Shown here: piece after piece, positions 47,191-58,900 of the stretch
Numbering within the stretch: position 1 is the stretch's first letter
Layout: each line of letters begins with the position of its first letter
Source: Folioceros fuciformis
Lineage: Eukaryota
DNA length: 64,000 bases
Assembly: GCA_049999805.1 (NCBI GenBank)
Contig: JBNGIO010004611.1
Span: forward strand, 1-64,000
Direction: 5' to 3'
The notes under the pieces: generated by a model
Database searches by the model: none
What the model was told of the DNA's origin: nothing
The model's input: only the letters and a program-made list of their open reading frames with translations
Made by a program: the position numbers and the translations under genes

Positions 47191-50100
47191 GCAACAGCAG
47201 CTGCAGCAGCCTCAGCAGCCTCAGCAGTTGCCACAGCCTCCACAGCTACAGCAACAGCAATATCAACAGCAGCAACAGATGCTGTTCCAGCACCGCCGGC
47301 AGCAGCAACTGTTAAAGCAGCAGCAGCAACAACAGCAACATCCATATCCACATACTTTGCAGCAGCAGCCCCAGACACTCCTGCATCCATCGTCCCAAGT
47401 GGCTCAATTGCAAAATGCAGTTCAGGGCATGCAGCAACAGCTTTACAAATTACAGCCGGGAAAGCAGCAGCAAGAGCAAACACAGCTGCAGTCCCAACAG
47501 GCTATCACTTCACAAAGTCAGTCACAGCAACAATCGCAGCAGCCACTGCAGATGCTTCCAGCTGTGACTAGCCAGTCACAGCGAATTCAACAGTCGGCAG
47601 GGCAGAGCCTCCTTGAACAGCAGCAGGTGCTACAGGCCAATCCCCAACGGGCTCTTCCTGAAGCCTCTTCTGGTTGGTATGGTAGGTCAACAATGTTATG
47701 TTTACAAGATTTGCCAAATTTTTGTTCTAATTTTTACTGACATTTGTTTGACAGCCTCCCTCGATTCATCAGGGCATTCCATTGGTGATCAACGTGATCT
47801 TGTGTGGCCCAAGGTGATGTCAGTTATGAATGCAAAGCTGGTTACTTGAAGATAGGCCTTGGTTTGGACTTTTGATCCATGTATAGCGATCGTGTGTAGC
47901 TCCAAGTCTTGAAGGAGAAGTATTATCAAGATATGCGTGACCTTTACCAAATGCTGGTCAACAAGAGCACACAGGTTTCTCGGCCCCCTATTCCCGTCCC
48001 ACTCCTTTCACTTCATTTTGCTTCTCCGTCTCCCTCCCGCTTTGGTGTCCTTCCCTCCATTTGCCTCATCTTTCTTCTCTCCCTCTCAGCTTCTCCCTCC
48101 CTTCTTCTACATGTCCTTCCTCTGCTTGTCTTCCCTTGCTCCCTCCCATTCTTTTGTCCCTCCCTCTTGGGGGCTTCCATATTGTACAGGGATTTGTGAT
48201 GGTGTGCTGATGCAAGGGTTGGTGAATATGTTAGACAATGCCGCCAGAACAGCACTCGAAGCTGCAGCACTACAAGGAAGTTCTCCAGCGGATGATCCCC
48301 TACTTGACCGTGCCAAAAGAGAGAGTACCAAAGGAGTTCAATCTAGAGAAGGTGGAGACCTATGAGAAGCAAATTGTGAGCATCATCGAGACATTCAAGC
48401 GGAGAAAGCCCTCTCAAACACAACCAACTCAGCAAGTTGGTCAACAAGGACACCAAGGTCAGCAGAGCGTGATGCATCAACCGGGCCTGTCAAGTCAGAT
48501 AATGCCAACGCATCAAGTACCGCTTCATCAATTGCAGCCTGGGGTCCAGACACAATCACTGCAACAACAGCAGCAGACGCTTTCACAATTGCAGCATCAT
48601 GACAAGCAAGGGCAGCAGGTACAACAACCACTGCGGCACATGCTTTCCCAAGTTCCTGTCTTGGCACTGCATCATTCTAACCTTTCATCCTTACAGCCAA
48701 ATGGTGGACATGGGCCACAACAAAACATGATGAATGTTCAACAGAATGGAGGAGTAAGTTCTCTTGCACAGAGCAACTTACCTGGTGCAGTACTGGGTGG
48801 AATTGGACAAGTGAGCATTCTGCAGCAGCAACAACAGCAAGTCCAGCAGCAGCAGCAGGCACAGCAACAGCAGCAGCAGCAAGTCCAGCAGCAGCAGCAG
48901 CAGCAGCAGCAGGCACTGCAACAGCAACAAGTCCAGCAGCAGCAGCAACAACAGGCCCAGCAGCAGCACGCCCAGCTGCAGTCCCAGCAGCAGGCCCCGC
49001 AGCTACAGCAGCAGCAAGTCCACCAACAGGCCCAGTTGCTGAAACAGCAGCAAGATCAGCTGCAAGCTCAGCAGCAACGACCACTTAAGGATCAAGAGGC
49101 ATCCAAGCTTCAACAGCACCGTCTTCAGATACACCAGCAGCATAGGCAACTGCATCAGTTGCAACCTCAGCAACTGCCATCTCAGCAGCCTCAGGAAATG
49201 TCAGCGGACTCCAAGGACCTGAAATCAAAGCAAGTCAAGCAGTTGCTGGGAAAACATAATCCTGTTGTTCAAAGGCAATTGCAGCCACAACAGCTCAAAG
49301 CTTCATCACCGCAAACAGTATCCTCTCCGCAGATTTTGCAGGCTCCATCTCCCCAACAACACTCTCCACAAACAGATCCATCAGCTTTTCCATCTACGGG
49401 TGCCATTCTCAAGAGTGGGACTCCAATTCAAGCTGCTACTCCTCCTTTTCGAACTCCTTCACCTTCTATGATGGTGGCTCCTTCACCACCTCCGGATGAG
49501 GTTGATGCTAAGGCGTCAATGACTTCTTCGACGCCTCACAATTTTGCAAGTACTGGTGGATCACAGGGGATTTTGACCAGCACACCGGGGATTTCTGCTT
49601 CACCTGCACCTGTGGACTTTTCTCCAAGCACAGGACAAGCGGATGGACAGCAGGTCTTTTCCCCAGGGACCCCAGCTGGAGAGAAGATTAATGAAACTAC
49701 ACGAGAGCGCTTATTAAGAAAGGTATGCATGATGGAAGTAGTGATGTCGTTAGACTTTGCAGTGGCAGTAGTTTGGTTCTTCTCAGTAAGGCTGTGTGAC
49801 TACTCTGTCGTATGCTACGTGTAAGTATGGAAGCATGTTCGAATATTCGAGCAAAGGATGTGTGTTTGTCGCCTTATGCAGTCCGGATAAGTAATGGTTT
49901 CAACTAGTAGCTTACAACATTGTAGGATGTAGTGAAACCTTTCTTGTGAAATGCCCCGTCTGTGTTCATCATTTGTCACACTAGGAATGGATCTGCTGTG
50001 CAGCTTGCGATTATGGACAAAAAGGGGATTCGAGCTGCCCTTGATGACCTTCTTGGGATATCAAGTGCATGGAGTAGCCTTGCTGCTTCAGCTCCTGGAA

Positions 50101-51188
50101 ATGGGTCAAAGTCTGCTGTTGGGGAGGATCTAGCTGCATCAACCAGGATAAGGCTGCATGCAAGATTAGAGAAAGATGGTTTAAGGAAGCTGAAACGATC
50201 ACTGGAATCTGTTACTGGGTGCGAAATTAATACTGATGGGAAGATCCGAAACACAGTGAGCAGCGTCCACCAGTGGGATCTTCAAGAGGAATCTATTCCA
50301 AGGATGATGAGGTCGAGAATGGAGGTTGACTCTGGATGCAGGGCTCCTGGACCCTTGTCTTGTGCTGCAGTTTTCGGTTTTGGAAAACCTGATCTTCTGA
50401 ATATTGGAGAGCTAATTGTGATTTGTTGGATACAATACTCTGAACAGATAAGTAACTACAGAAAGCTCCAGTTTGAAATTATGGAGGTGAACTCTAAGAT
50501 GATTGATACCGTCCTTAAAATAAGTGAAGAGGCAACAGAGGACGCTGCAGCTGAATCGAGGGACGGAATTGTTGTTACCTGTATATACCGAGGGTATACT
50601 GTTGCAGAAGAGTGGCGTGCTTGGTTCGAAATGGTTAGTTACGAAACTATTGAAATGAATTCACTTTTTCAGGAGATCGAGAGCGTTTTTTAGAGTGTTG
50701 GTTCTGTGCCTGAAAGCAGTCTCTGTGGCTTGTTCCGCTTGGTTGTTTGCCATGCAGACAAAGAGAATTCCTCTTGGGATCCTTGTTCCCCCAAACTATC
50801 CGGAGAAGCCTCCAACAATTTGGCCGGAGAGGATTCCAGATAATAGGTGGTGATCGCTCTCCCTACTTTGCTTTGAAAATTCTTGACAACTGTGTGAAGC
50901 TGATAAAGCTTTACATTTGCTTGTGGTAGCAATTCTTTTGACGTTTCCGTTCGCGACAAGTTCAATGCAATACTGCGGACTCGGCCAGAGCCATTGACTG
51001 TCAGCTCTATCGGAAGACTATGGAACCAGTGCTGTTGGGATGCTGCCCACGAGATGATTCTGACGAACCGTGAGCAGTCAGAGGTATCTAATGTATTCGA
51101 ATCCGCAGGTACAGTCTGGGAACCAACCACAGGTTTATTTCACGAAACACCTGGCCTGCTTCCAAAGCAAACCCTTGAAACTTTTTAG
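45948..51188 (+). CDS. MED15: Mediator subunit 15a-like (N-terminal KIX domain, polyQ middle, conserved C-terminal domain), about 11 exons
   Basis: GDWRSGLAKEARSKIVKKI|METLQRHMPVSGQEGLGELYNIAYRFEQKIFAAAIDQ|QDYLRKISLKMLSLDTR (plant MED15 KIX); polyQ; LKEKYYQDMRDLYQ; KVETYEKQIVSII; APGNGSKSAVGEDLAASTR; ILVPPNYP; KFNAILRTRPEPLTVSSIGRLW..GTVWE..*; GT-AG introns. Confidence 0.92.
46979..47200 (+). repeat. Coding CAG/CAA trinucleotide repeat (Q31-LQQL-Q39) in MED15
   Basis: Counted from codons 46979-47071 and 47084-47200. Confidence 0.95.
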
Positions 51189-52852
51189 CACTCCCGACAG
51201 TGATGGGACTGTGTAACATTACATTATTTTGGATCTTATCCTCCAAGGATCCTGCATTCCTAACATAACAGTGTAGCCTGTACTCAAGTGAAGAGCAGCA
51301 AAGGGTATCTGAAGGCCGAAGGGGGTCACTTGGGTGTTCTAGGATCATGGCTTGTTGGTGGCTGTTCATATTCCTATGTGGTCATAATCTTTGTACCAAA
51401 CTATCACAGTGCTCTTCATTGGACACAAAATGCTACGCTTGTGGATATATACATGGTCACTACTCTTTGAAGTATATTAGGTCTTGTACGATGAGGGTTA
51501 GCATTTCGGGGTTTGTATGCTCCAGTGCGGCACGCATGCAGAGATGCGTGAACACCCTGCTGTAGGGCTACGATTCAGCGGGTGGATACATTTAAAGATC
51601 CTCTGGTGGAACACATTCGAGGACCCTATGTTATTCCTGCAAGACCGTCTTCTCATAGGGTGGAGCATTGTCAAGGTAATTATGTTATTCCGGCAGGACC
51701 TCCTCCTCCTCCTCGACTGGAACACAAGTCAAGGACCCTGCATGACCACCACCTTCTCTCGGGTGGAATTCAAGGACCTATGTTACGCCTGCAAGACTGC
51801 CTGTTCCTGCCAGCGTGGACTTCCTATGCCAGCTAGTCCTTATGCAGGTGATGGGACCTCAGGTTACCCCTTGTTGGTGTGCAGGTGCAGGAGAGCCACA
51901 GCGTGGATCTCAAGTCTGTTGCCCATTCTCGATGCGAGAAGCAGGAGAGCCACGGTGTGGGTGTGGATGACGGTTGACCGCGTGGATGTGAGGTCTAACC
52001 TATGGAAGGATATATGGAAACATAGGTAGAGTATTGAAGATAGCTGGATAGACCCTTGGGCCAGGTACAACGAAACACTTTTCAGCACTTCAGGGCAGGC
52101 ATACCGAAAGACTCTTAAAGAACATTTAGGGCAGGTACATCTAAACTCTGGAGCAAGTGAAGTGTGAAACAAACCACCGGCCACAGCGTGTTGTGTTCCA
52201 GGCTAGCTAAGCATGAATCATGTCTGTAGCAATAGCATGGCTGAACGTGGCTGCGTTGAGCGGTGGAACTGCCATAGCCTAGGGTAGGAACATCATAGAC
52301 TCACAGTGGCAATCTTCACAATGGTTTCCTCTAGACGAAACGAGGGCAGGACAAATTTTCTCTCCTACCAATTAGAAATCACTATCCATTGGGCTACGCA
52401 CGCACGACCCTTTAATTCTGGATGCAACGAAACGACGGCCTCGGATGGGGCTTGGGTCCTCCCATCCGAACTTGGACACATCGCAGATTATCAATCCACC
52501 CATCCGGATTTGGACACATGAACGGCCGATCATATCATAGGGTATCACTCCCTCGGGGACTTAAACACATGATCAACCTAATTCATTTCAGGCTGTCAAT
52601 CTTCTTAGCGCGGCATCGACACAAATCGGCCACATGCCAGATTTTCTGACAAGTGGTAATTGTTTTTTAGAGGTTGTTTTTTGATTTGCTGAGAAAAAAA
52701 AAGTAACCTTTTTGCACCGGCCTACTCTATCGGTCGGGTCCTCACCGGCGAGTTCGTTCTGGCGCCAAATGCCTGCGGCAGGGCTTCCACCGACCCCGCG
52801 ACGGTGTCGTAAGGTGCCTCAAGCGGGTGACTCTCCAACCCTCGAAGAAAAC

Positions 52853-55756
52853 TCAGATTCCGTTCCCTCGCATGTTGCAAGACGAGGTACCAAGTTCTTT
52901 CATCTTGGGAATGAGCTGTTTCAGCCTTAAGTGTACACTCTCTGGAAGCTTGTCGCCAACTGAAAACGTGTGCACGAGTCCGTCCGCGTCTGTCCACCAG
53001 CTCTGGCCCTGTCGCTTCCATGCAGCACTTCGTTTTCTCCTCAACTGTATCTCTAACCCTTCCTCCCACATCTGGGCACCCATGTATATGTTCGCCATCA
53101 AGACATATTCTGCAGCATCTGGTTCCTCTAGCTTCACTGCTTCATCGAAAGCATGCCGTCCCACCTCAACATTGCTCCACTTCTGGCAAGCACCCAGTAG
53201 CGTGCGCCAGACTGCCTTATCAGGCTGTACAGGCATTGTCTTTACCACTTCTAGTGCCTCATCTAGTTGGCCCGCTCGACCTAGGAGATCCACCATGCAT
53301 GAGAAGTGTTCCATGGTGGGATGGATGCCGAACTGTCTGTTCATAGTTTCAAAGTATTCTTGCCCCTTGCTTACGGCGCCCACATGACTGCAAACGGTTA
53401 GTACACATAGGAAAGTCACGCCATTTGGATGTACGCCATGCTCTGTCATTCTCTGAACCAAGTCAAATACTACGCCACTGTCGCCCTGGCGGGTGTACCC
53501 TGCAATCATCGCATTCCAGGCAACGATGCCTCTTTCAGGTAATGCATCAAAGACTCGCTGAGCATCAACCATGCTCCCACCTTTTGCATACATACTTATC
53601 AAACCCATGGCTACAGGCACATCAGCTTCAAGCCCTTGTTCCTTAATCTGAGCATGAAGCTGCCTTCCTATATGCAGATCTGCAACACTTGCACATGCTT
53701 GCAAGAGGCACACAAATGTGACAGAATCTGGTGGAACACAACCGTCCAGTTGCATAGCCCTAACAAGACAGAAGGCTTTGTGATCCATACCTTGCTGGGA
53801 ATATCCAGCTATCAGGGCAGTCCACGTTGCCACATCCTTTTGGGGCAGCTTGTCAAAGACGCTATGAGCAAGGTGTGGGCTGCCACACTTTGCATACAAG
53901 TTCACCAAACTGCAACCTAAGGCCGCATCCACGTGAAGACCTTGTTCTTCTATCTGTCTATGAAACTGTTTCCCCTGTTCCAGAGCTGTTATACCAAGAC
54001 TTGCACATGCCTGCAGGAGGCACACAAATGTGACAGAATTTGGAGTTGAGATGCCCTCTTCTTGCATTGTGCCATAAAGCTCAAGAGCTTCTTGACCCAT
54101 GCTTTTCTGGGCGTATCCTGCTATCAGGGCATTCCACGTCACCACATTCTTCTCATCAAGTCCATCAAACACGCTCTGAGCATCATGAAGGCTGCCACAC
54201 TTTGCGTACATGTTTACTAAGCTGCAACCCAGAACCACATCAACCTTAAGTCCTCGTTCCTCAATCTGTCTGTGCAGGTACTTTCCCCTCTGTAGATCCG
54301 AGATACCAATACTTGCACACGCCTGGAGAAGGCATATGAACGTCACAGAATCAGGTGTTAGACTGCCTTCGTGTTCCATAACACTGTGAAGATGAATCAC
54401 TTCCTGAAACATGCCTTGCTGGGAGTATGCGGCCAACATGGCATTCCACGTCACTACATCTTTTTGCGAAAGTCCTTCAAACACGCTTTGGGCATCATCC
54501 AGGCTGCCACACTTCGCGTACATGTTAATCAGACTGTTGGCTACAATAACATCACTCTGAAGCCCTTGCTCTTCGATCTGTGCATGAAGCTGCTTTCCCA
54601 TCTTGAGAGCTGGGGTACCCCAACTTGCGCATGCTTGCAGTAAGCAGAGAAATGTTACAGAATCCGGTGCAGCAATGCCTTCCTGTTGCATTTCACTGTA
54701 AAGTCGTAGGGCTTCCTCACCCATGCCACACTTTGCATACATGTCCACCAAGCAACTAGAGACAAACCTATTAAGGTGAAGCTCGCTAGCCAACACATCG
54801 GCATGAACCTGCTGCCCACTTTCCAGGTCAGCTCCCCTTGCACAAGCCTGTAAGGCTGCTACGAACACATGGCCATCCGGTTTAACATTTGACCTGCGCA
54901 TTTGATGATATAGTTGAATGGCCTGTTTAGCTTGTCCATGTTGAACATACGCTGATATTATGGAAGACCACATGAAGGCATCTGGTTCCGGGACCGTGGT
55001 GAACACATCCGTCGCCTCTTGCAACCTGGCATGACATGCATACATTCGTAAGATGTGGTTGCACAAGAATGTGTCCGACTGATATCCCTGTTGCACGGTG
55101 AGAGCATGAATCCGGCGACCCACAATCAGATTCTGCTGGACCGTACATTCTTTCAGCACATTGTAAAACACAGTTTTGGAAAACCGATAGCCTGTCTTGA
55201 CGAGAACTCCCACAACCTCAACTGCCTCGGTGAGGTGCCCCTGCTGACATAATTTGCTCGCAGTTTCTGGAGTTAATCCTCGTTCACATCCCGGGGGCCC
55301 GCGAGGATCATGATGATCCGCCATCCACCCGCTGGATTGCGGGAGAAGACGATGTCCTGCCTGCATCTCTGGAGCAGCCACCTCTCCATCTACAGAATTC
55401 CACTTGGAAAAGTTACCCAGCCAGACGATCTCGTTGGACACTTTACCGTGGAAGTGGGGCGACCGATTGCTCTTGCTACGTTGCCTCAGAGAAACTGCAC
55501 CGCCCCTAAAGCAATGTGGCAACACGAGATTTTGGCAACCACTTTCTCTGGAGTCTCTTTCCCCATAGCCATCCAGATACTCTCGTGGACGGGCTGGTGC
55601 CGATAGCCATAACTCGTTAGAGCGGACCCACAATTCCCCTTTGCTCTGCAATCCCATGACCCAGGGTTGGAAAACATCCTTTTCACCGCAGATTATCGCC
55701 AGTCTACAGGGATCGATGCACAGTTGAAACATGTCGCCATCTTGTAGACGTCTCAT
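52853..55756 (-). CDS. PLS-class PPR protein E (5 P1L1S1-type L motifs, one fused S/P motif, P2L2S2-E1-E2-E+ partial)
   Basis: PLS triplets; EHFSCMVDLLGRAG; WKRQGQSWWTD..VHTFSVGD..RLKQLIPKMKELG*. First ATG is 55756; the family-aligned Met is 55366. Confidence 0.93.
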   Translation of the reverse strand: MRRLQDGDMFQLCIDPCRLAIICGEKDVFQPWVMGLQSKGELWVRSNELWLSAPARPREYLDGYGERDSRESGCQNLVLPHCFRGGAVSLRQRSKSNRSPHFHGKVSNEIVWLGNFSKWNSVDGEVAAPEMQAGHRLLPQSSGWMADHHDPRGPPGCERGLTPETASKLCQQGHLTEAVEVVGVLVKTGYRFSKTVFYNVLKECTVQQNLIVGRRIHALTVQQGYQSDTFLCNHILRMYACHARLQEATDVFTTVPEPDAFMWSSIISAYVQHGQAKQAIQLYHQMRRSNVKPDGHVFVAALQACARGADLESGQQVHADVLASELHLNRFVSSCLVDMYAKCGMGEEALRLYSEMQQEGIAAPDSVTFLCLLQACASWGTPALKMGKQLHAQIEEQGLQSDVIVANSLINMYAKCGSLDDAQSVFEGLSQKDVVTWNAMLAAYSQQGMFQEVIHLHSVMEHEGSLTPDSVTFICLLQACASIGISDLQRGKYLHRQIEERGLKVDVVLGCSLVNMYAKCGSLHDAQSVFDGLDEKNVVTWNALIAGYAQKSMGQEALELYGTMQEEGISTPNSVTFVCLLQACASLGITALEQGKQFHRQIEEQGLHVDAALGCSLVNLYAKCGSPHLAHSVFDKLPQKDVATWTALIAGYSQQGMDHKAFCLVRAMQLDGCVPPDSVTFVCLLQACASVADLHIGRQLHAQIKEQGLEADVPVAMGLISMYAKGGSMVDAQRVFDALPERGIVAWNAMIAGYTRQGDSGVVFDLVQRMTEHGVHPNGVTFLCVLTVCSHVGAVSKGQEYFETMNRQFGIHPTMEHFSCMVDLLGRAGQLDEALEVVKTMPVQPDKAVWRTLLGACQKWSNVEVGRHAFDEAVKLEEPDAAEYVLMANIYMGAQMWEEGLEIQLRRKRSAAWKRQGQSWWTDADGLVHTFSVGDKLPESVHLRLKQLIPKMKELGTSSCNMRGNGI

Positions 55757-55960
55757 GCGGGCCTGTCCCACACAGGTTTAGAGTGGCCCAAGAGTGGTTC
55801 TGAATTCTGCTAAGTGGGCCAAGATAGCTTGGTGCTAGACTGGTAGGTGAGATAGTGGAAGCCAGGACATGGATTGTTGGCTTAGACTCGACTTGAGCCT
55901 TGGCACTCATGGATGCTAACTACGTTGAGCAACTAGCCCAGCTAGCAAGCAGGATTAGCC

Positions 55961-58900
55961 ATGAGAGTCTGTAGCGTTGCATTCGATCGACGCAGTGGGC
56001 AACAGGAATTTCTGTTGGGAGAGTTATCGTGGACCGGACATACCAGTGGGTTGGAAAGAATTGCTCGAAGACCTGTGAGCTTGAATGTACGGAGCCACCA
56101 ACTGGCATGTAAGGAAGCCACCAGGGGCAGCAGGCTTGCAAGGCACCCAGCCCGCTCAAGAGAATGTCCAGCTGGAGAAAGATCTTCGACAGAACAGCTG
56201 GCTGCTCTGAACTGGCAGATGGATCATCGCCGTCTCCGCACAAGCGACTGGAGTCTATCGGATCGTCCTGACCCTGGTAGGCTTGCAAGATGCGAAACCG
56301 TGGTATCTCCTGAAACTGTGAGCAAACTGTGTCAACACAGACAGATTACTGAGGCCGTGGAGGCTCTGGGAATCCTGGTGCAGACATACCATCCTATTTC
56401 CACGTCTCTGTTTTATACTGTCATAAAAGCGTGCAAGGCTGAAAAGACCGTGTTTCTGGGTCGCCGAGTTCATGCTCTCACAGTGGTACAGGGGTACGAG
56501 TCGGACACGTTCTTGTGCAATCACATTTTGCGAATGTATGCTTCTCATGACAGGTTACAAGAAGCGATGGATGTGTTCACCGTGGTTGCTAAACCAGATG
56601 TTTTTATGTGGTCCTCCATAATTTCTTCGCATGCTCAAAATGGGCAAGCTAAGCACGCTATACAACTGTATTGCCAGATGCGAAGATCAAGTGTGAAGCC
56701 AGATGGCCATGTGTTTGTAGCAGCTCTGCAGGCTTGTGCAAAGGAAGCCGACCTCGAAACTGGACAACAGGTGCATGATGACGTTTTGGCCAGTGGATCT
56801 GAGCCTGATATGTTTGTTAGCAGCTGCCTGGTGGACATGTATGCAAAGTGTGGGAGCTTGGAAGACGCTCAAAGAGTGTTTGAGAGACTTCCTCAAAAGA
56901 ATGTGGTGACGTGGACCTCACTGCTAGCAGGGTATTCCCAGCAGGGTATGGGTCAGGAAGCCATTCGTCTTTACAATACCATGCAACAAGAAGGCATCGC
57001 TAAACCTGATTCTGTGACACTAGTTTGCCTGCTGCAAGCATGTGCAAGTGTGGGTACTCAAGCATTGGTGAAGGGGATGCAGCTTCATGCTCAGATTCGA
57101 GATCTAGGACTTGAGGCTGATGTGTTTGTAGCCAACACTTTGATCAACATGTATGCAAAGTGTGGCAGCATACAGGATGCTCAGAGCGTGTTTCACGGAC
57201 TTGGTGAAAAAGATGTTGTGACTTGGAATTCCATGATAGCGGCATACTCTCAGCAGGGCATGGGTGAGGAAGCCCTTCACCTTTACAGGGCTATGCAGCA
57301 AGGGGGAATGATTGCGCCCAATTCTGTGACGTTTGTGTGCCTCTTGCAGGCATGTGCGAGTGTGGGCACCCAAGCTTTGGAGCAGGGGAAACAGCTTCAT
57401 GTACAGATCGGCGACCACGGACTTGAAGCCGATGTGGCTATAGGCAATAATCTCATAAACATGTATGCCAAATGTGGCAGTCTGGGGGATGCTAGGACCA
57501 TGTTTGATCGACTTGAGATTAAGGATGTGGTGACGTGGACTGCCCTGATTGCAGGATATTCGCAGCAGGGAATGGGCGAAGAGGCCTTTCATCTTTACAG
57601 GGCTATGCTGGTCGACGGCGTTGCTACACCCGATGCTGTGACATTTGTGTGTCTCTTGCAAGGTTGTGCAAGCCTGGGCACCCGAGCTTTGGACACTGGG
57701 AAACAGCTTCATGCACAGATAAACGAACAAGGGCTTCAGCTTAATGTTTCTGTAGCGAACAGTTTGATAAGCATGTATGCAAAATGTGGCAGCATTGAGG
57801 AAGCTCAGAGGGTGTTTGATGGAATTAGTGAAAAATATGTAGCAACATGGAATTCCATGATAGCAGGATATTCTCAGGAGGGTATGGGTCAAGAAGCCCT
57901 TCATCTTTTCAGCGCTATGGAACAAGAAGGCTCTGCCGAACCCGACACTATGACATTTGTGTGCCTCCTGCAGGCATGCGCAGGAATTGGTGACGCAGCG
58001 TTAGCGGACGGGAAGCAGCTTCATGCACAGATTAGAGAAAGAGGAATTGAGGTCGACTTAATCTTAGGCTGCAGCCTGGTGAATATGTATGCGAAATGCG
58101 GCAGCTTGGAGGAGGCACAGAGTGTGTTTAACAGACTTGGTGAAAAGGACGTTGTGACGTGGAATGCCATGATAGCAGGATATTCCCAGCAAGGCATGGT
58201 TGGGAAAGCTCTTGAACTGCACACTGCCATGCAAGAAGCAGGGATAGTTACATCTGATTCTGTAACGTTTGTTTGCCTCCTGCAGGCATGTGCATGTGTG
58301 GGTACCCCAGCTTTGGAGATAGGGAAGCGGCTCCACGCACAGATTGGAGAACAAGGACTCGCAAGTCATTTGGCTGTGAGCAATAATTTGATAAACATGT
58401 ACGCAAAGTGTGGCAGCCTAGAGGATGCTCGGAGTGTGTTTTATGGGCTTGTTCAAAAAGATGTGGTTACTTGGACAACGCTAATAGCAGGGTTTTCTCA
58501 GCAGGGGATGGGTGATGAAGCCCTTGAACTTTACAGCGCCATGCAAGGAGAAGGCCTCCAGGCACTTGACTCTGTGACGTTTGTGTGCCTCCTGCAGGCA
58601 TGTGCAGCTGTGGGTTCCCCAGCTTTAGACATTGGGAAGCAGCTTCATGCAAAGATTGGAGAGCAAGGGCTTCAAGCTGACTTGTTTGTGGGCAACAGTC
58701 TGATCAGCATGTACGCCAAGTGTGGCAGCCTACAAGAAGCTCAGGACGTTTTTGATCGGCTTCCTCAACGAGACGTTGTGACCTGGACAGCTTTGATAGC
58801 AGGATATGGTGAGCAGGGGATGGATGTGGAAGCTCTGTCTGTCTACAGCGCTATGCAGCAAGGCTGTCGGACTCCACCGGATGTTGTAACATTTGTATGT

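Noticed and set aside
46889-47483. PolyL, polyS and polyA ORFs
   Set aside because: Alternative frames and antisense of the MED15 CAG/CAA tract.
57104-57925. 273-aa antisense ORF and similar antisense ORFs over the PPR genes
   Set aside because: Shadow frames of repetitive PPR coding sequence.
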